Origin: Asaia bogorensis
GTDB lineage: Bacteria; Pseudomonadota; Alphaproteobacteria; Acetobacterales; Acetobacteraceae
Assembly: GCA_945897825.1 (NCBI GenBank)
Contig: CAMDGX010000011.1
Coordinates: forward strand, 5,715 to 69,714
Reading direction: 5' to 3'
Length of the DNA stretch: 64,000 nucleotides
The stretch's first letter is position 1, and each line of letters opens with the position of its first letter. Shown one piece after another: positions 17,287 to 26,694 of this stretch. A program made the position numbers and the translations under genes. Under the pieces are notes generated by a model. The model was not told the DNA's origin. It made no database searches and saw only the letters and a program-made list of their open reading frames with translations.

Positions 17287-18000
17287 ATGACGGACTGGGA
17301 TCGCGACGCGGCGCTGACCACGGCGCGGATACTGCTGGAGATCAAGGCGGTGAATTTCCGGCCGGAGGACCCCTATACCCTGACATCGGGCTGGAAGTCG
17401 CCCGTCTACATCGACTGTCGGCGTATCATCTACTTTCCTCGCGCGCGCGCCAAGATATGTGAACTCGGGGTCGAGAAGATCGGCCGCCACATCGGCTTCG
17501 AGAGCATCGAGGCGATCGCCGGCGGCGAAACCGCGGGCATCCCCTTCGCCGCCTGGATCGCCGACCGCATGTCCGCCCCCATGGCCTATGTCCGCAAGAA
17601 ACCCAAGGGTTTCGGGCGCAATGCGCTGATCGAGGGCGACGTTCCCGAGGGCAAGAACACATTGCTGGTGGAAGACCTCACCACCGACGGCGGCAGCAAG
17701 GTGCAGTTCTGCCAGGCCCTGCGCGACGCCGGCGCCATCTGCAACCACACCTTCGTCGTCTTCTTCTACGGCGTCTTCCCCGGCAGCTTCGAAACCCTCA
17801 AGCGCATGGACATCCAGCTCCACCACCTCTGCACCTGGTGGGACGTGCTGGAGGCCTGCCGCGACCGCCCCTACTTCTCCGACTCGGCGCTGTCCGAGGT
17901 GCGCCGCTTCCTCGAGAACCCCGTCGCCTGGTCCGCCGCCCGCGGCGGCGTGTCCAGCCAGGAGGAGGCCCTCGCCCGCAAGGGCCTCAAGGCCGAGTAG
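17287..18000 (+). CDS. pyrE: orotate phosphoribosyltransferase
   Basis: PRPP-binding motif LLVEDLTTDGGSK. SGWKSPVYIDCR is typical of PyrE. Confidence 0.85.
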   Translation: MTDWDRDAALTTARILLEIKAVNFRPEDPYTLTSGWKSPVYIDCRRIIYFPRARAKICELGVEKIGRHIGFESIEAIAGGETAGIPFAAWIADRMSAPMAYVRKKPKGFGRNALIEGDVPEGKNTLLVEDLTTDGGSKVQFCQALRDAGAICNHTFVVFFYGVFPGSFETLKRMDIQLHHLCTWWDVLEACRDRPYFSDSALSEVRRFLENPVAWSAARGGVSSQEEALARKGLKAE

Positions 18001-18107
18001 CATCGACCAACCGGGTGGCGCGGAATTGACTCGCGTCACCCGGAGCCAAGGGGCATTCATTCTGGTATCGTCCCATTCCACGAAGAGACCGCCAGGGGAG
18101 CCCGCCC

Positions 18108-18506
18108 ATGCCCAGCCTCCGCCTCGCCGCCGCCTGCCTCGTCCTCGCCGGCGCCTTTGCGCCCCCGGCCACGGCTGCCGGGCCGCATGACGGCACCTGG
18201 AAGGGCACCTACCGCACCATCCGCAACGACAATTCCGGCCGCTGCGACAAGCTCGACAACGACAACGTCACCATCCAGGTCGTCGACGGCCGGTTCACCC
18301 GCCGCTGGGCCGGCAACGACATCGAGGTCACCGTCGCCCCCGACGGCACCGTCGCCGGCTCAGCCACCCGCGACCAGGCCACCCGCCCGCAGAGCGCGCG
18401 CAACCAAACCAGCGTCAGCTTCGCCGGCCGCATCGCCGACGGCGTGATGCAGGGCGAATACGGCCACGCCCGCTGCGCCGTCGCCTTCTCCCTGCGCCGC
18501 CAATAG
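18108..18506 (+). CDS. secreted hypothetical protein
   Basis: Signal peptide MPSLRLAAACLVLAGAFAPPATA. GC3-rich reading frame. Confidence 0.6.
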   Translation: MPSLRLAAACLVLAGAFAPPATAAGPHDGTWKGTYRTIRNDNSGRCDKLDNDNVTIQVVDGRFTRRWAGNDIEVTVAPDGTVAGSATRDQATRPQSARNQTSVSFAGRIADGVMQGEYGHARCAVAFSLRRQ

Positions 18507-18513
18507 CCCGCCG

Positions 18514-19425
18514 CTACCCCGCGCCGACCACCTGCTGCGCCACCCGCTCGACGGCCGGGTCCACCTTGTACATGTGCCGATACTGCAGGATCTGCTTGGC
18601 AATCAGCCGCAGCCGGAACCCGAAGCCGTGGAACGCCAGCGGCTGCAGCAGCGGCTCGTTCATCGGCGGGATGTCGGCGCGCTGGAACTCGAAGGCCATC
18701 GAAACCCGGCTCTCCCCCCCGCGCGGCGAGGTCCGGCTGCCCCAGTGCAGCACCGCCTGGTTCCACATGAACACATCCCCCGCCTCCGCCGGCAGGGCGC
18801 GGATGGCCGCATGGTCGAATTTCCACTCCCGGTCCTGCGGCGTGTTGTAGGTCGGGTCCTGGTTGGCCGGCACGATATACATGCAACCGTTCAGCGTCGT
18901 CGCCCGCGACAGCGGGATCCATGTGGTGATCGATTTCGGCGACCCATCCGCGAACAGCGCCGTGTGCCCCTTGTCCCGATGCGGCCGCCACCCGGCATCG
19001 CCGCGCGCCGGGTCCACGTTCCACACCCAGAAATCCGGCAGCATCGCATACCCGCCGAGCAGCCCCTGGTAGATCGGGTGCAGCCGGTAGAACGGCAGCC
19101 AGAACTCGTCGTACAGGAACGCGAACACCGGCGGCAGCCCCGCCCGGTCCAGCGCCCGCACCGTATTGGCCATCCGGTCGAAATCCATGCCCCAGGCGAT
19201 GGCGCTGGCATGGAAATACCCCTCCTCCAGCATCATGGCGCGAATCGCCGCCATCTCGGCCGCCGCCGGCGCAACCGCCTGGAGGTCGCGCACCATCGCC
19301 GGGTCCTCGACATGCAGCCCCGGGGCAAACGCCCGCCAGAACGCCGGGTCGGCCAGGTTGCGCACCGCGCCCCGCGGCGTCGTCCCCCCACCCAAGCCGG
19401 GCGCAGGCGTCAGAATGGTGGACAT
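18514..19425 (-). CDS. phytanoyl-CoA dioxygenase-like Fe(II)/2OG oxygenase family protein
   Basis: WRPHRDKG ... LHWGS resembles an HxD...H facial triad. Start at MSTILTP; the alternative is 19446. Confidence 0.65.
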   Translation of the reverse strand: MSTILTPAPGLGGGTTPRGAVRNLADPAFWRAFAPGLHVEDPAMVRDLQAVAPAAAEMAAIRAMMLEEGYFHASAIAWGMDFDRMANTVRALDRAGLPPVFAFLYDEFWLPFYRLHPIYQGLLGGYAMLPDFWVWNVDPARGDAGWRPHRDKGHTALFADGSPKSITTWIPLSRATTLNGCMYIVPANQDPTYNTPQDREWKFDHAAIRALPAEAGDVFMWNQAVLHWGSRTSPRGGESRVSMAFEFQRADIPPMNEPLLQPLAFHGFGFRLRLIAKQILQYRHMYKVDPAVERVAQQVVGAG

Positions 19426-19484
19426 GCGGCCCTCCCTGCGCCGCACACGCTATGGCGTGGCGCCGCGCCAGGCAATGCCGCCGC

Positions 19485-20042
19485 TCAAACCCGCTCGCTG
19501 GCCGCGATCGCCGCCTTGCACCCCGCCTTGATCAGCCCCGACAGCAGCCGATACCCCGGCGCCAGCTCCGCCTCGTGCGCCAGCCCGATGTCGCGGTGCT
19601 CCAGCTCCTCGGCGCGAAACGTCTCGATGGTGTCGCGCAGCCCCGCCTCGTCCTCCCCCAGGCTCGCCGCCTGCTTGGCGTAGTGCTCGTCGATCGCCTC
19701 CTCGACCGCGACCGTGCACGCCATCGCCGCCCGCTCGCCCAGCAGCGCCGTCGCCGCCCCCAGCGCGAACCCCGCCACATGCCAGAACGGCAACAGCGCC
19801 GTCGGCCGCACCCGCCGCGCCGCGATCATCGCCGCGAACGTGTCCAGGTGAACCTGCTCCTGCGCCTGCATGTGCCGGATCATGTCGCCCTTCGGCCCGC
19901 GCCCCAGGATGGCCAGCTGGCCCTGGTAGATGCGCTTGGCGCCATACTCGCCGGCATGGTCGACGCGGATGATCCGCGCGACCTGCTCGCGGGGCGTCGG
20001 GTCGCCAGGTAGGGGGAGGGAAGCGGTCACGTCCATCTCCAT
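19485..20042 (-). CDS. coq7: demethoxyubiquinone hydroxylase (COQ7 family)
   Basis: Di-iron ExxH motifs (VEEAIDEHY, AEELEHRD) and RVDHAGEYGA. Only the C-terminal 185 aa of ORF 19485..20624 look coding. Confidence 0.85.
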   Translation of the reverse strand: MEMDVTASLPLPGDPTPREQVARIIRVDHAGEYGAKRIYQGQLAILGRGPKGDMIRHMQAQEQVHLDTFAAMIAARRVRPTALLPFWHVAGFALGAATALLGERAAMACTVAVEEAIDEHYAKQAASLGEDEAGLRDTIETFRAEELEHRDIGLAHEAELAPGYRLLSGLIKAGCKAAIAASERV

Positions 20043-20071
20043 CAAGATCGGGCCCGGGTGCGGTCCACCGC

Positions 20072-20569
20072 CTATATCTGGTCCCGGTTGCGCCGCAGCG
20101 CCACACCCATCATCGCCGCCACGCCGAGCGAAAACACCAGGCTCATCGCCGCCATCGACAGCGGCAACCCGGGCACGAGGTAGGTGGGCGCATCGCAGGG
20201 CTGCGCCGGCCGCTCCGGCATCCGCGCCAACTGGTCCGCCAGGCTGCCCCCCGGCGTGAACCGCGCCACGCACCCCGGCAGCGGGCTCGGCCACAACCCG
20301 GCCTCCACGCCGACATGCACTCCCCCGATCGCCGCACTGGTCAGCATCGCCGACAGCACCCCCGCCGCGCACCCGATCGCCAGCCGCCGCGGCACCACCA
20401 GCCCCAGCACCGCGAACGCGATCGCCACCCGATACGGCCACCGCCCCAGCAGACACAGCGCGCACGGCACCAGCCCGCCCCACCACTCGCTGGCCAGCGC
20501 CGCGAACAGCGCACCACCCACCAGGATGGCGGCAAACCACAGAACGGCGCGCAACGGAACGGCAGGCAT
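20072..20569 (-). CDS. dsbB: disulfide bond formation protein B
   Basis: Four-TM protein with PCALCLLGRWPY (CxxC) and a second Cys pair. Start at MPAVPLRAV. Confidence 0.75.
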   Translation of the reverse strand: MPAVPLRAVLWFAAILVGGALFAALASEWWGGLVPCALCLLGRWPYRVAIAFAVLGLVVPRRLAIGCAAGVLSAMLTSAAIGGVHVGVEAGLWPSPLPGCVARFTPGGSLADQLARMPERPAQPCDAPTYLVPGLPLSMAAMSLVFSLGVAAMMGVALRRNRDQI

Positions 20570-20669
20570 GGCCTCGTCGTATGAACCGCCGCGCCCCACC
20601 GGGCAAGGCCGCCATTGCCCGCAAAGCAGGCGCTGCCTAGAATCCCCGCACCACCAGGGGGATACGCGC

Positions 20670-21299
20670 ATGATCAAGCTATGGGGCCGCACCACGTCGA
20701 GCAACGTCATGAAGGTACTCTGGGCGCTGGACGAACTCGCCCTGCCCTACGAGCGCATCGACGCCGGCGGCGCCTTCGGCCGCACCGACACGCCGGACTA
20801 CCGCAGCATGAACCCGCTCGGCCTCGTCCCCAGCATCGAGGACGACGGCTTCCGCCTGTTCGAGAGCAACGCCATCCTGCGCTACCTCTGCAACGCCCAC
20901 GCCCCGGACAGCCCGCTCTACCCCCGCGCCCCGCGCCCTCGCGCCGAGGTCGATGCCTGGATGGACTTCCAGCAAACCGCGCAGAGCCGCCCCGCCAGCA
21001 CCATCTTCCTCGGCCTCGTCCGCACCCCGCCCGAGAAGCGCGACCTGCCCGCCATCGCCGCGGCCGTCACCGAGCTCGCCCGCGTCTGGACCATCTGCGC
21101 CGCCCGCGCCGAGGCCCAGGGCGGCTTCCTGTGCGGACCCGGGCCGACCCTGGCCGACATCGCCTACGCGCCCCACCTGCACCGCTGGTTCCACATGCCG
21201 ATCGCCAACCGCCCAGACGTCGCCGGCCTGCAGGGCTGGTACGACCGCATGGCCACCCGCCCCGGCTTCCGCAGCCACGTGGCGGTGAAGGTCGAGTAG
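20670..21299 (+). CDS. glutathione S-transferase family protein
   Basis: MIKLWGRTTSSNVMKVLWAL ... GLVPSIEDDGFRLFESNAILRYL thioredoxin-like GST N-domain. Confidence 0.8.
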   Translation: MIKLWGRTTSSNVMKVLWALDELALPYERIDAGGAFGRTDTPDYRSMNPLGLVPSIEDDGFRLFESNAILRYLCNAHAPDSPLYPRAPRPRAEVDAWMDFQQTAQSRPASTIFLGLVRTPPEKRDLPAIAAAVTELARVWTICAARAEAQGGFLCGPGPTLADIAYAPHLHRWFHMPIANRPDVAGLQGWYDRMATRPGFRSHVAVKVE

Positions 21300-21373
21300 C
21301 CCCGCCTCATACCAGTTTGCGCGCGGCCGCCGGCCAGCCCCGCGCGCGATACCGGCCTGCGCAATGGCCGGTA

Positions 21374-22567
21374 TCAGTAAACCGCCTTCAGCGCCGAGGA
21401 CATCGTCGAGCAGAACCCGGCGAACACCCCCGCAATCTGGTTCTGCGTCGGCGCCACCATCGCCACCCCGGTGCCGCCGGTCAGCGCGGCAAGCTTGGTG
21501 GCATAGTTGGCGCGGTTGGCTGCCTGCGTGTTGCCCGAATAGTAGATCGTGCTGATCGAGATCCCGGCATTGCGCGCCAGCGTCGCCTGGTTCACCGCCA
21601 TCGTCCAGGTCTGCGCATCCGTGCAGTTGACGGTGCAGGTCGGCGTCGGCGTCGTATCGTTCGGATAGATCCCATCCGCCCGCGTGTAGGTGCGATTGAC
21701 CCCGTTCGGCACGCCGTCGGTGATGATCACGATGTTCTTGCGCGTGCCATTATAGGCGGCATCGGCGAACTGCATCCGCGCCGAATAGATCGCCGACGCC
21801 ACGTTCGACCCGCTGCACACCGGCGCCCCGGCATTCCCGCAGGATTTCAGCGTATCGATCTTGGTCGTCAGCGTCGCATGGTTGACCGACGCCTGGCTGA
21901 GCGGCTGGAAGATCGCCGAAACGCCGGTATGCGTCGTGATGCCGAACTGGCTCGCGCTGCCCGCCGCGGTGCGCACGCAGTCCAGGATCGCCTTGTCCGC
22001 CGCGCGCTGGTGCGAGATCGAATTCGCGAACGAGCCCGACAGGTCGTTGGTGATGATGGTGTTCCAGGTCTGGCCGGTGCCGAAGCTGGCGATGGCCGTC
22101 GTGGTGTAGTCGCGCGTGCCGGAGCCGATGAGGCCGGACATGATGGTGGTGACCGGGTTGCCGTTGGCCACCGTGCTGAGCCCCTGGATCATCACCGCGT
22201 CGGGATTGACACTCCCGCTCTGCGCCAGGCTGGTGAAGGCGCCCGTCGTGGCATTCCACTGCCCCAGCACCACCGCCGACGCCGGCACGATTGTCCCGTA
22301 GGTCGCCACCGGCATGTTGGCCGCGGCGATCGTCTGCGCGGCGGACACGATCGAGGCGGAATTCCCGGTGGTGTAGTACGTCGCCAGCTTGGCCGCCCCC
22401 GCCAGCGCCGCGGCCTGGGTGGCCTGGCGCTGCAGCAGGCCCCGGTAGTGCAGGTGAACCTGGTTCAGGCCCAGCGCGCCGACCGCCATCAGCGAGCCGA
22501 TCATCATGGCGGCGAACAGCCCAACCGAGCCACGGCGGTCAGCCGCCAGAACGGGCGCGCGCGTCAT
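21374..22567 (-). CDS. TadG-like pilus-assembly-related protein with VWA domain
   Basis: TadE/G-like N-terminal TM segment (RRGSVGLFAAMMIGSLMAVGALGL). MIDAS-like NDLSGSF and IVIITDGVPNG. Confidence 0.7.
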   Translation of the reverse strand: MTRAPVLAADRRGSVGLFAAMMIGSLMAVGALGLNQVHLHYRGLLQRQATQAAALAGAAKLATYYTTGNSASIVSAAQTIAAANMPVATYGTIVPASAVVLGQWNATTGAFTSLAQSGSVNPDAVMIQGLSTVANGNPVTTIMSGLIGSGTRDYTTTAIASFGTGQTWNTIITNDLSGSFANSISHQRAADKAILDCVRTAAGSASQFGITTHTGVSAIFQPLSQASVNHATLTTKIDTLKSCGNAGAPVCSGSNVASAIYSARMQFADAAYNGTRKNIVIITDGVPNGVNRTYTRADGIYPNDTTPTPTCTVNCTDAQTWTMAVNQATLARNAGISISTIYYSGNTQAANRANYATKLAALTGGTGVAMVAPTQNQIAGVFAGFCSTMSSALKAVY

Positions 22568-23025
22568 GGGCAGGTTCCTTCCTTCATCATCACCGAATTG
22601 GCGGTGAGGGTCTTCCCGAGCAGAAGCTGGAGGCGGTCGCCCGCGGCGACGCTGTTGAAGCCGGAGGCCTGGATGCTCACCGCAACGCTCGGCACCGCGC
22701 AGTTCTGCGTCGCGGTCACGGTGAAGGTCGCCCAGGTCGGCAGGCCGGCGCAGGCGTGGTGCTCCACCGTGGTCGATGCCAGGGTGGGGCTGCACACCGT
22801 GGTGGCGGTGGCGTTGGCCGACGTGATGGCCCCGGTGGCGAAGTTCTTCACCTGTCCGGTCGCCATCATGCGCGCCGCGAGCTGGCTCGTGTTCTGCATC
22901 GCCGAGCGCGTGAACATCGCCGCATTCATGCCGATGAAGCCGAAGCACACCATCAGGAAGGCCGGCATGACCATGGCGAACTCCAGCGCGACCGAACCGC
23001 GCCGGGACGCCGGCTTGGACAGCAT
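22564..23025 (-). CDS. TadE-like protein
   Basis: N-terminus MLSKPASRRGSVALEFAMVMPAFLMV, the TadE signature. 4-nt overlap with the downstream tadG-like gene. Confidence 0.7.
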   Translation of the reverse strand: MLSKPASRRGSVALEFAMVMPAFLMVCFGFIGMNAAMFTRSAMQNTSQLAARMMATGQVKNFATGAITSANATATTVCSPTLASTTVEHHACAGLPTWATFTVTATQNCAVPSVAVSIQASGFNSVAAGDRLQLLLGKTLTANSVMMKEGTCP

Positions 23026-23370
23026 GGCGCCAATCGGCGCGAGGGCAGGCCGCACCCGCTCCCACAACCGCGACATTAACGATCTGGAACAGCCCGCCGG
23101 AAGAGTGCCGGATACTCCGCAGCCTGGCTCGCGTGTCATGTGCTTTACAATCGTTGACATTAAATCGTTAATCAATCGTGAGTGACAGAATATGTCCTAC
23201 CAATTACTTGTCAAATCTTACAAGACGGTTACAGCCGCCCCGATACCTACAATCCGGCTACCGTTCGGAGATCGGACCTCCGGCCATCCCCGCGCAGCGG
23301 CGATTCCGACCCGCCCGGCCTCGCGTCGAATCCGCTTGCACCGGCCGATTAGTTAGTATATTTTTCTCTC

Positions 23371-23943
23371 ATGTATTCATTGGTGACAACAGCCATCGGC
23401 CGCGCCCTGTACGCCTCCCTCGCCCGACTCTGGCCGAGGCTGCGGGCCGACGCCCACCTGCCGCGCCAGACTCCCCTTGCGCCCGCGTCCTACGCCCGCA
23501 TGGTTCACGCCCTGCACCGCCTCCCCTGGCTGCTCGAGCGCATCGACAGCCTCGCCCAGCGCTGGCACGCCGGCACGCTCCCGCCCCCCCGTCCCGGGCC
23601 CCGCCGCGCGCCCCGCCCGGCAACCCCCGTCGCCACGCCCCCGCGCCAGCGCGACCCCTCGTCGCATGGCTGGCTCGCCCGCATCCACCATCCCGCCCGC
23701 CAGATCGCCTGCCAGGTCGAGCACCTGCTGGCGCAGCCCGACACGCGCGCCTTCGTCGCCGCCGCCCCGCAGGCCGGCCGCCTTCTCCGCCCGCTCTGCC
23801 GCATGCTCGGCGCCACGCCGCCCGACTGGCTGACGCGCTCCCCCCGCGCCCCAAGCGCCCGGCCAAGCCGCGCCCGGTCCGCCCCGCGAATCCGCGCCCG
23901 CCCGCGCTCACCGACCCCAGCCTGGGCCTACGTCCCTACGTGA
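23371..23943 (+). CDS. hypothetical protein (Pro/Arg-rich C-terminus)
   Basis: ORF preceded by an AT-rich stretch. The N-terminal 150 aa look protein-like (LRPLCRMLGATPPDWL). The frame of the C-terminus is uncertain. Confidence 0.4.
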   Translation: MYSLVTTAIGRALYASLARLWPRLRADAHLPRQTPLAPASYARMVHALHRLPWLLERIDSLAQRWHAGTLPPPRPGPRRAPRPATPVATPPRQRDPSSHGWLARIHHPARQIACQVEHLLAQPDTRAFVAAAPQAGRLLRPLCRMLGATPPDWLTRSPRAPSARPSRARSAPRIRARPRSPTPAWAYVPT

Positions 23944-24035
23944 TCGCCGCCGCCCGCGCCTGGCGCCCAAAAAACGCCTGAGCGCGGCGCCGGGGGACGC
24001 GCGCGCCATTCATTGCGTTAAAAGATTATTCCGCT

Positions 24036-24857
24036 CTACCGATCCGCCCCGGCGTAAAGCACCTTGTCCAGCCGATCCAACGCCTCTTCATACGCCGCCA
24101 CCGCCTCGGGCGCGAAATCCGCCGACGGCACCGGCTCGTCGTCGAAATGTCCGAAACGGTCCACCCCGCGCACCAGGAACGCCGAGGTCCGCGGCCCGCT
24201 CACCTGGCGCACATAGGTCGGAATATACCGGATCGCATACCCGATCCGCCGATGCGGCGCCCGGTTCGCCTCCGACCCGTGGAAGATCCGCACATGGTGC
24301 AGCGACATCTCCCCCGGCCGCAGCACCACATCCACCGCGCGGGACTTGTCGACCTCGACCGCGATCTCCTGCCCCCGCGACAGCAGGTTGCCCGCCGCGA
24401 ACGTATCCCGGTGCGCCACCTGGTCCACCGTATGCGTCCCCGGGATCACCTGCATGCACCCGCTCTCCGGCGTGCTGGGCGTGAACGCGATCCAGGCCGT
24501 CACCACGTCGGGATGCGAAAGCCCCCAATAGGTCGAATCCTGGTGCCAGGAGATGAAGGCCCCGTCGCCCGCATTCTTGGTGAAGAACCCGCCGTTCCAG
24601 CAGATGATGTCCGGCCCGATCAGGCTCTCGACGGCATCCAGCACCGCCGGGCTCCGCACGATGTCGTTCAGCCACGGCGCCAGCATGTGCAGCTTCTGGT
24701 TCCGCCGCTTGGGAATCTTCCCCTCCCACCGCGCCTCCAGCCCCTCCAGCTGCCCCACAGCCCGCGCCGCATCGGCCTCCGACATCACCGGTATGGGAAA
24801 CAGGATGCCATCGCGCCCATAGGCCGCCACCTGCTCCGCCGACAACGAACCCGCCAT
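24036..24857 (-). CDS. phytanoyl-CoA dioxygenase family protein
   Basis: ISWHQDSTYW (HxD) and SLHHVRIFHGS motifs. Only the last 273 aa of the 886-aa ORF 24036..26696 are coding-like. Confidence 0.8.
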   Translation of the reverse strand: MAGSLSAEQVAAYGRDGILFPIPVMSEADAARAVGQLEGLEARWEGKIPKRRNQKLHMLAPWLNDIVRSPAVLDAVESLIGPDIICWNGGFFTKNAGDGAFISWHQDSTYWGLSHPDVVTAWIAFTPSTPESGCMQVIPGTHTVDQVAHRDTFAAGNLLSRGQEIAVEVDKSRAVDVVLRPGEMSLHHVRIFHGSEANRAPHRRIGYAIRYIPTYVRQVSGPRTSAFLVRGVDRFGHFDDEPVPSADFAPEAVAAYEEALDRLDKVLYAGADR

Positions 24858-24995
24858 CCGTCCCTCCTCTGATCGACGACCCAAGCCTGGGCGCCACGTG
24901 GCGACGGCGTCAAGCAATGGACAAACCGCCAGCCATTGCCGACACTTCCCCCAACGGGGCGCCCGCCAACGAAGCGCCCGCACAGGAGGAAACAC

Positions 24996-26579
24996 ATGAA
25001 GCGGATCACCCGCCGCGCCCTGCTCGGGGCCGCCGCCGCCACCATGGCGGCGCCCGCGATCGCCCAATCGGAGCGCCAGCGCGTGCTGCGCTTCATCCCG
25101 CAGATCGACCTCGTCTTCCTCGACCCGATCTTCAGCATGACCAACATCACCCGCAACCACGCGGGCCTGGTGTTCGACCGGCTCTACAGCGCCGACAACG
25201 CCCTGCGCGCCCACCCGCAGATGGCCGAGGGCCACACCATCGAGGACGACGGCAAGCGCTGGCGCATCCGCCTGCGCGACGGCCTGAAGTTCCACGACGG
25301 CGAACGCGTCCTGGCCCGCGACGCCGCCGCCTCCCTGCAACGCTGGGGCAAGCGCGACGTGCTCGGCCGCGAACTGATGGCCGCCACCGACGAGCTCTCG
25401 GCGCCCGACGACCGCACCATCGAGTTCCGCCTCAAGCGCCGCTTCCCCCTCCTGGCCGAGGCCCTGGCCAAGCCCGGCGCGAACATGAGCGCCATCATGC
25501 CGGAGCGCCTGGCCCAGACCGACCCGTTCAAGCCGATCACCGAGATGGTCGGCAGCGGCCCCTTCAAATACGTGGCCAGCGAGCGCCTCCAGGGCGTGCG
25601 CAACGTCTACGAGAAGAACCACGACTACGTGCCCCGGCCGAACGGCACGCCGGACGGCGATTCCGGCCCCAAGATCGTGCATTTCGAGCGCATCATCTGG
25701 ACCACCATGCCCGACCAGGGCACCGCCCTCGCCTCGATGCAGACCGGCGAGCAGGATTGGTGGGAATACGCCGCCCAGGACCTGCTGCCGGTCGTCCAGC
25801 GCGACCGCAACCTGCGCGCCGGCGTGCTGGAGAAGCTCGGCAACTACGCCTTCGTCCGCTTCAACCAGAACCAGCCGCCCTTCGACCGCCCGGAGATGCG
25901 CCGCGCCATCATGCGCGCCATCAACCAGGAGGATTTCGTCGCCGCGATCGGCGGCGGCGATCCCACCTTGCAGCGCGCCGGCGTCGGCTTCTTCCCGCCG
26001 GGAACGCCGGACGACACCCCCGACGGGCTGGAGACGATCCGCCCGCGCTACACGAACGAACAGGCCCGCGCGGCGCTCACCGCCGCCGGCTACAAGGGCG
26101 AGAAGATCATCTGCATCGGCGCCGGCGACTACCCGAACCTCAAGGCGGCGAGCGAGGTGCTGGTCGACCTGCTGAAGCGCATCGGCGTCAATGTCGACAT
26201 CGTCACCCTCGACTGGTCGGCCATGACCACGCGGGTGATCAAGAACGGCCCGCCGGAGGATGGCGGCTTCCACCTGCACATGCTGAACGTTCCCGGCCTG
26301 TCGGTCGCCTCGCCGCTGGTCAATTCCCGCATCCGAGGCGTCGGCGCCAACGAATCCGGCTGGTACAAGGGCCCGCGCTACGAGGAACTGCGCGCGCAAT
26401 GGATGCTGGCGGAGGACCCGGCCACGCGGCGCCGCCTGTCCGGCGAGATCCAGCGCGAGCTGGTCGCCAGCGTCCCGCTCGCGCCTGCCGGCGTCACCTA
26501 CCAGCCGGCGGCATGGCGCGCGGACCTGGAAGGCGTGTTGGAGGGCGTGCCGAAGTTCTGGAATGTGCGGCGCGTCTAG
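24996..26579 (+). CDS. ABC transporter substrate-binding protein, family 5 (peptide/nickel-type), Tat leader
   Basis: MKRITRRALLGAAAATMAAPAIA leader, AGGAGGA RBS at 24984-24990, ~527 aa family-5-like sequence. Confidence 0.85.
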   Translation: MKRITRRALLGAAAATMAAPAIAQSERQRVLRFIPQIDLVFLDPIFSMTNITRNHAGLVFDRLYSADNALRAHPQMAEGHTIEDDGKRWRIRLRDGLKFHDGERVLARDAAASLQRWGKRDVLGRELMAATDELSAPDDRTIEFRLKRRFPLLAEALAKPGANMSAIMPERLAQTDPFKPITEMVGSGPFKYVASERLQGVRNVYEKNHDYVPRPNGTPDGDSGPKIVHFERIIWTTMPDQGTALASMQTGEQDWWEYAAQDLLPVVQRDRNLRAGVLEKLGNYAFVRFNQNQPPFDRPEMRRAIMRAINQEDFVAAIGGGDPTLQRAGVGFFPPGTPDDTPDGLETIRPRYTNEQARAALTAAGYKGEKIICIGAGDYPNLKAASEVLVDLLKRIGVNVDIVTLDWSAMTTRVIKNGPPEDGGFHLHMLNVPGLSVASPLVNSRIRGVGANESGWYKGPRYEELRAQWMLAEDPATRRRLSGEIQRELVASVPLAPAGVTYQPAAWRADLEGVLEGVPKFWNVRRV

Positions 26580-26599
26580 CCAGCCAGTTGCCGCGCGGC

Positions 26600-26626
26600 G
26601 AAGGCGGCGATACGGTCGCCGCCTTC
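26600..26626 (+). terminator. perfect 11-bp GC hairpin after the family-5 SBP gene
   Basis: GAAGGCGGCGA-TACGG-TCGCCGCCTTC, 21 nt after the stop. There is no U-tract, so terminator function is only a guess. Confidence 0.35.
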
Positions 26627-26694
26627 CCGAACACGGACATCGCCTTGCCGCACCGCCCCACCCTGCCGCATCGCCGCGCGCCCCGAACGGGGGC

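Noticed and set aside
23026-23370. A missing Flp pilin gene or a CtrA box (TTAA-N7-TTAA) upstream of the tadE-like gene.
   Set aside because: No short ORF with a Flp-type leader/hydrophobic motif is visible on either strand. The TTAA pairs present are spaced N4, not N7.
26580-26694. Cobalamin or other riboswitch in the leader of the FecCD/BtuC-type transporter.
   Set aside because: I could not find a B12-box-like core or a multi-stem conserved architecture. I saw only one perfect hairpin, which more likely terminates or stabilises the upstream SBP transcript.
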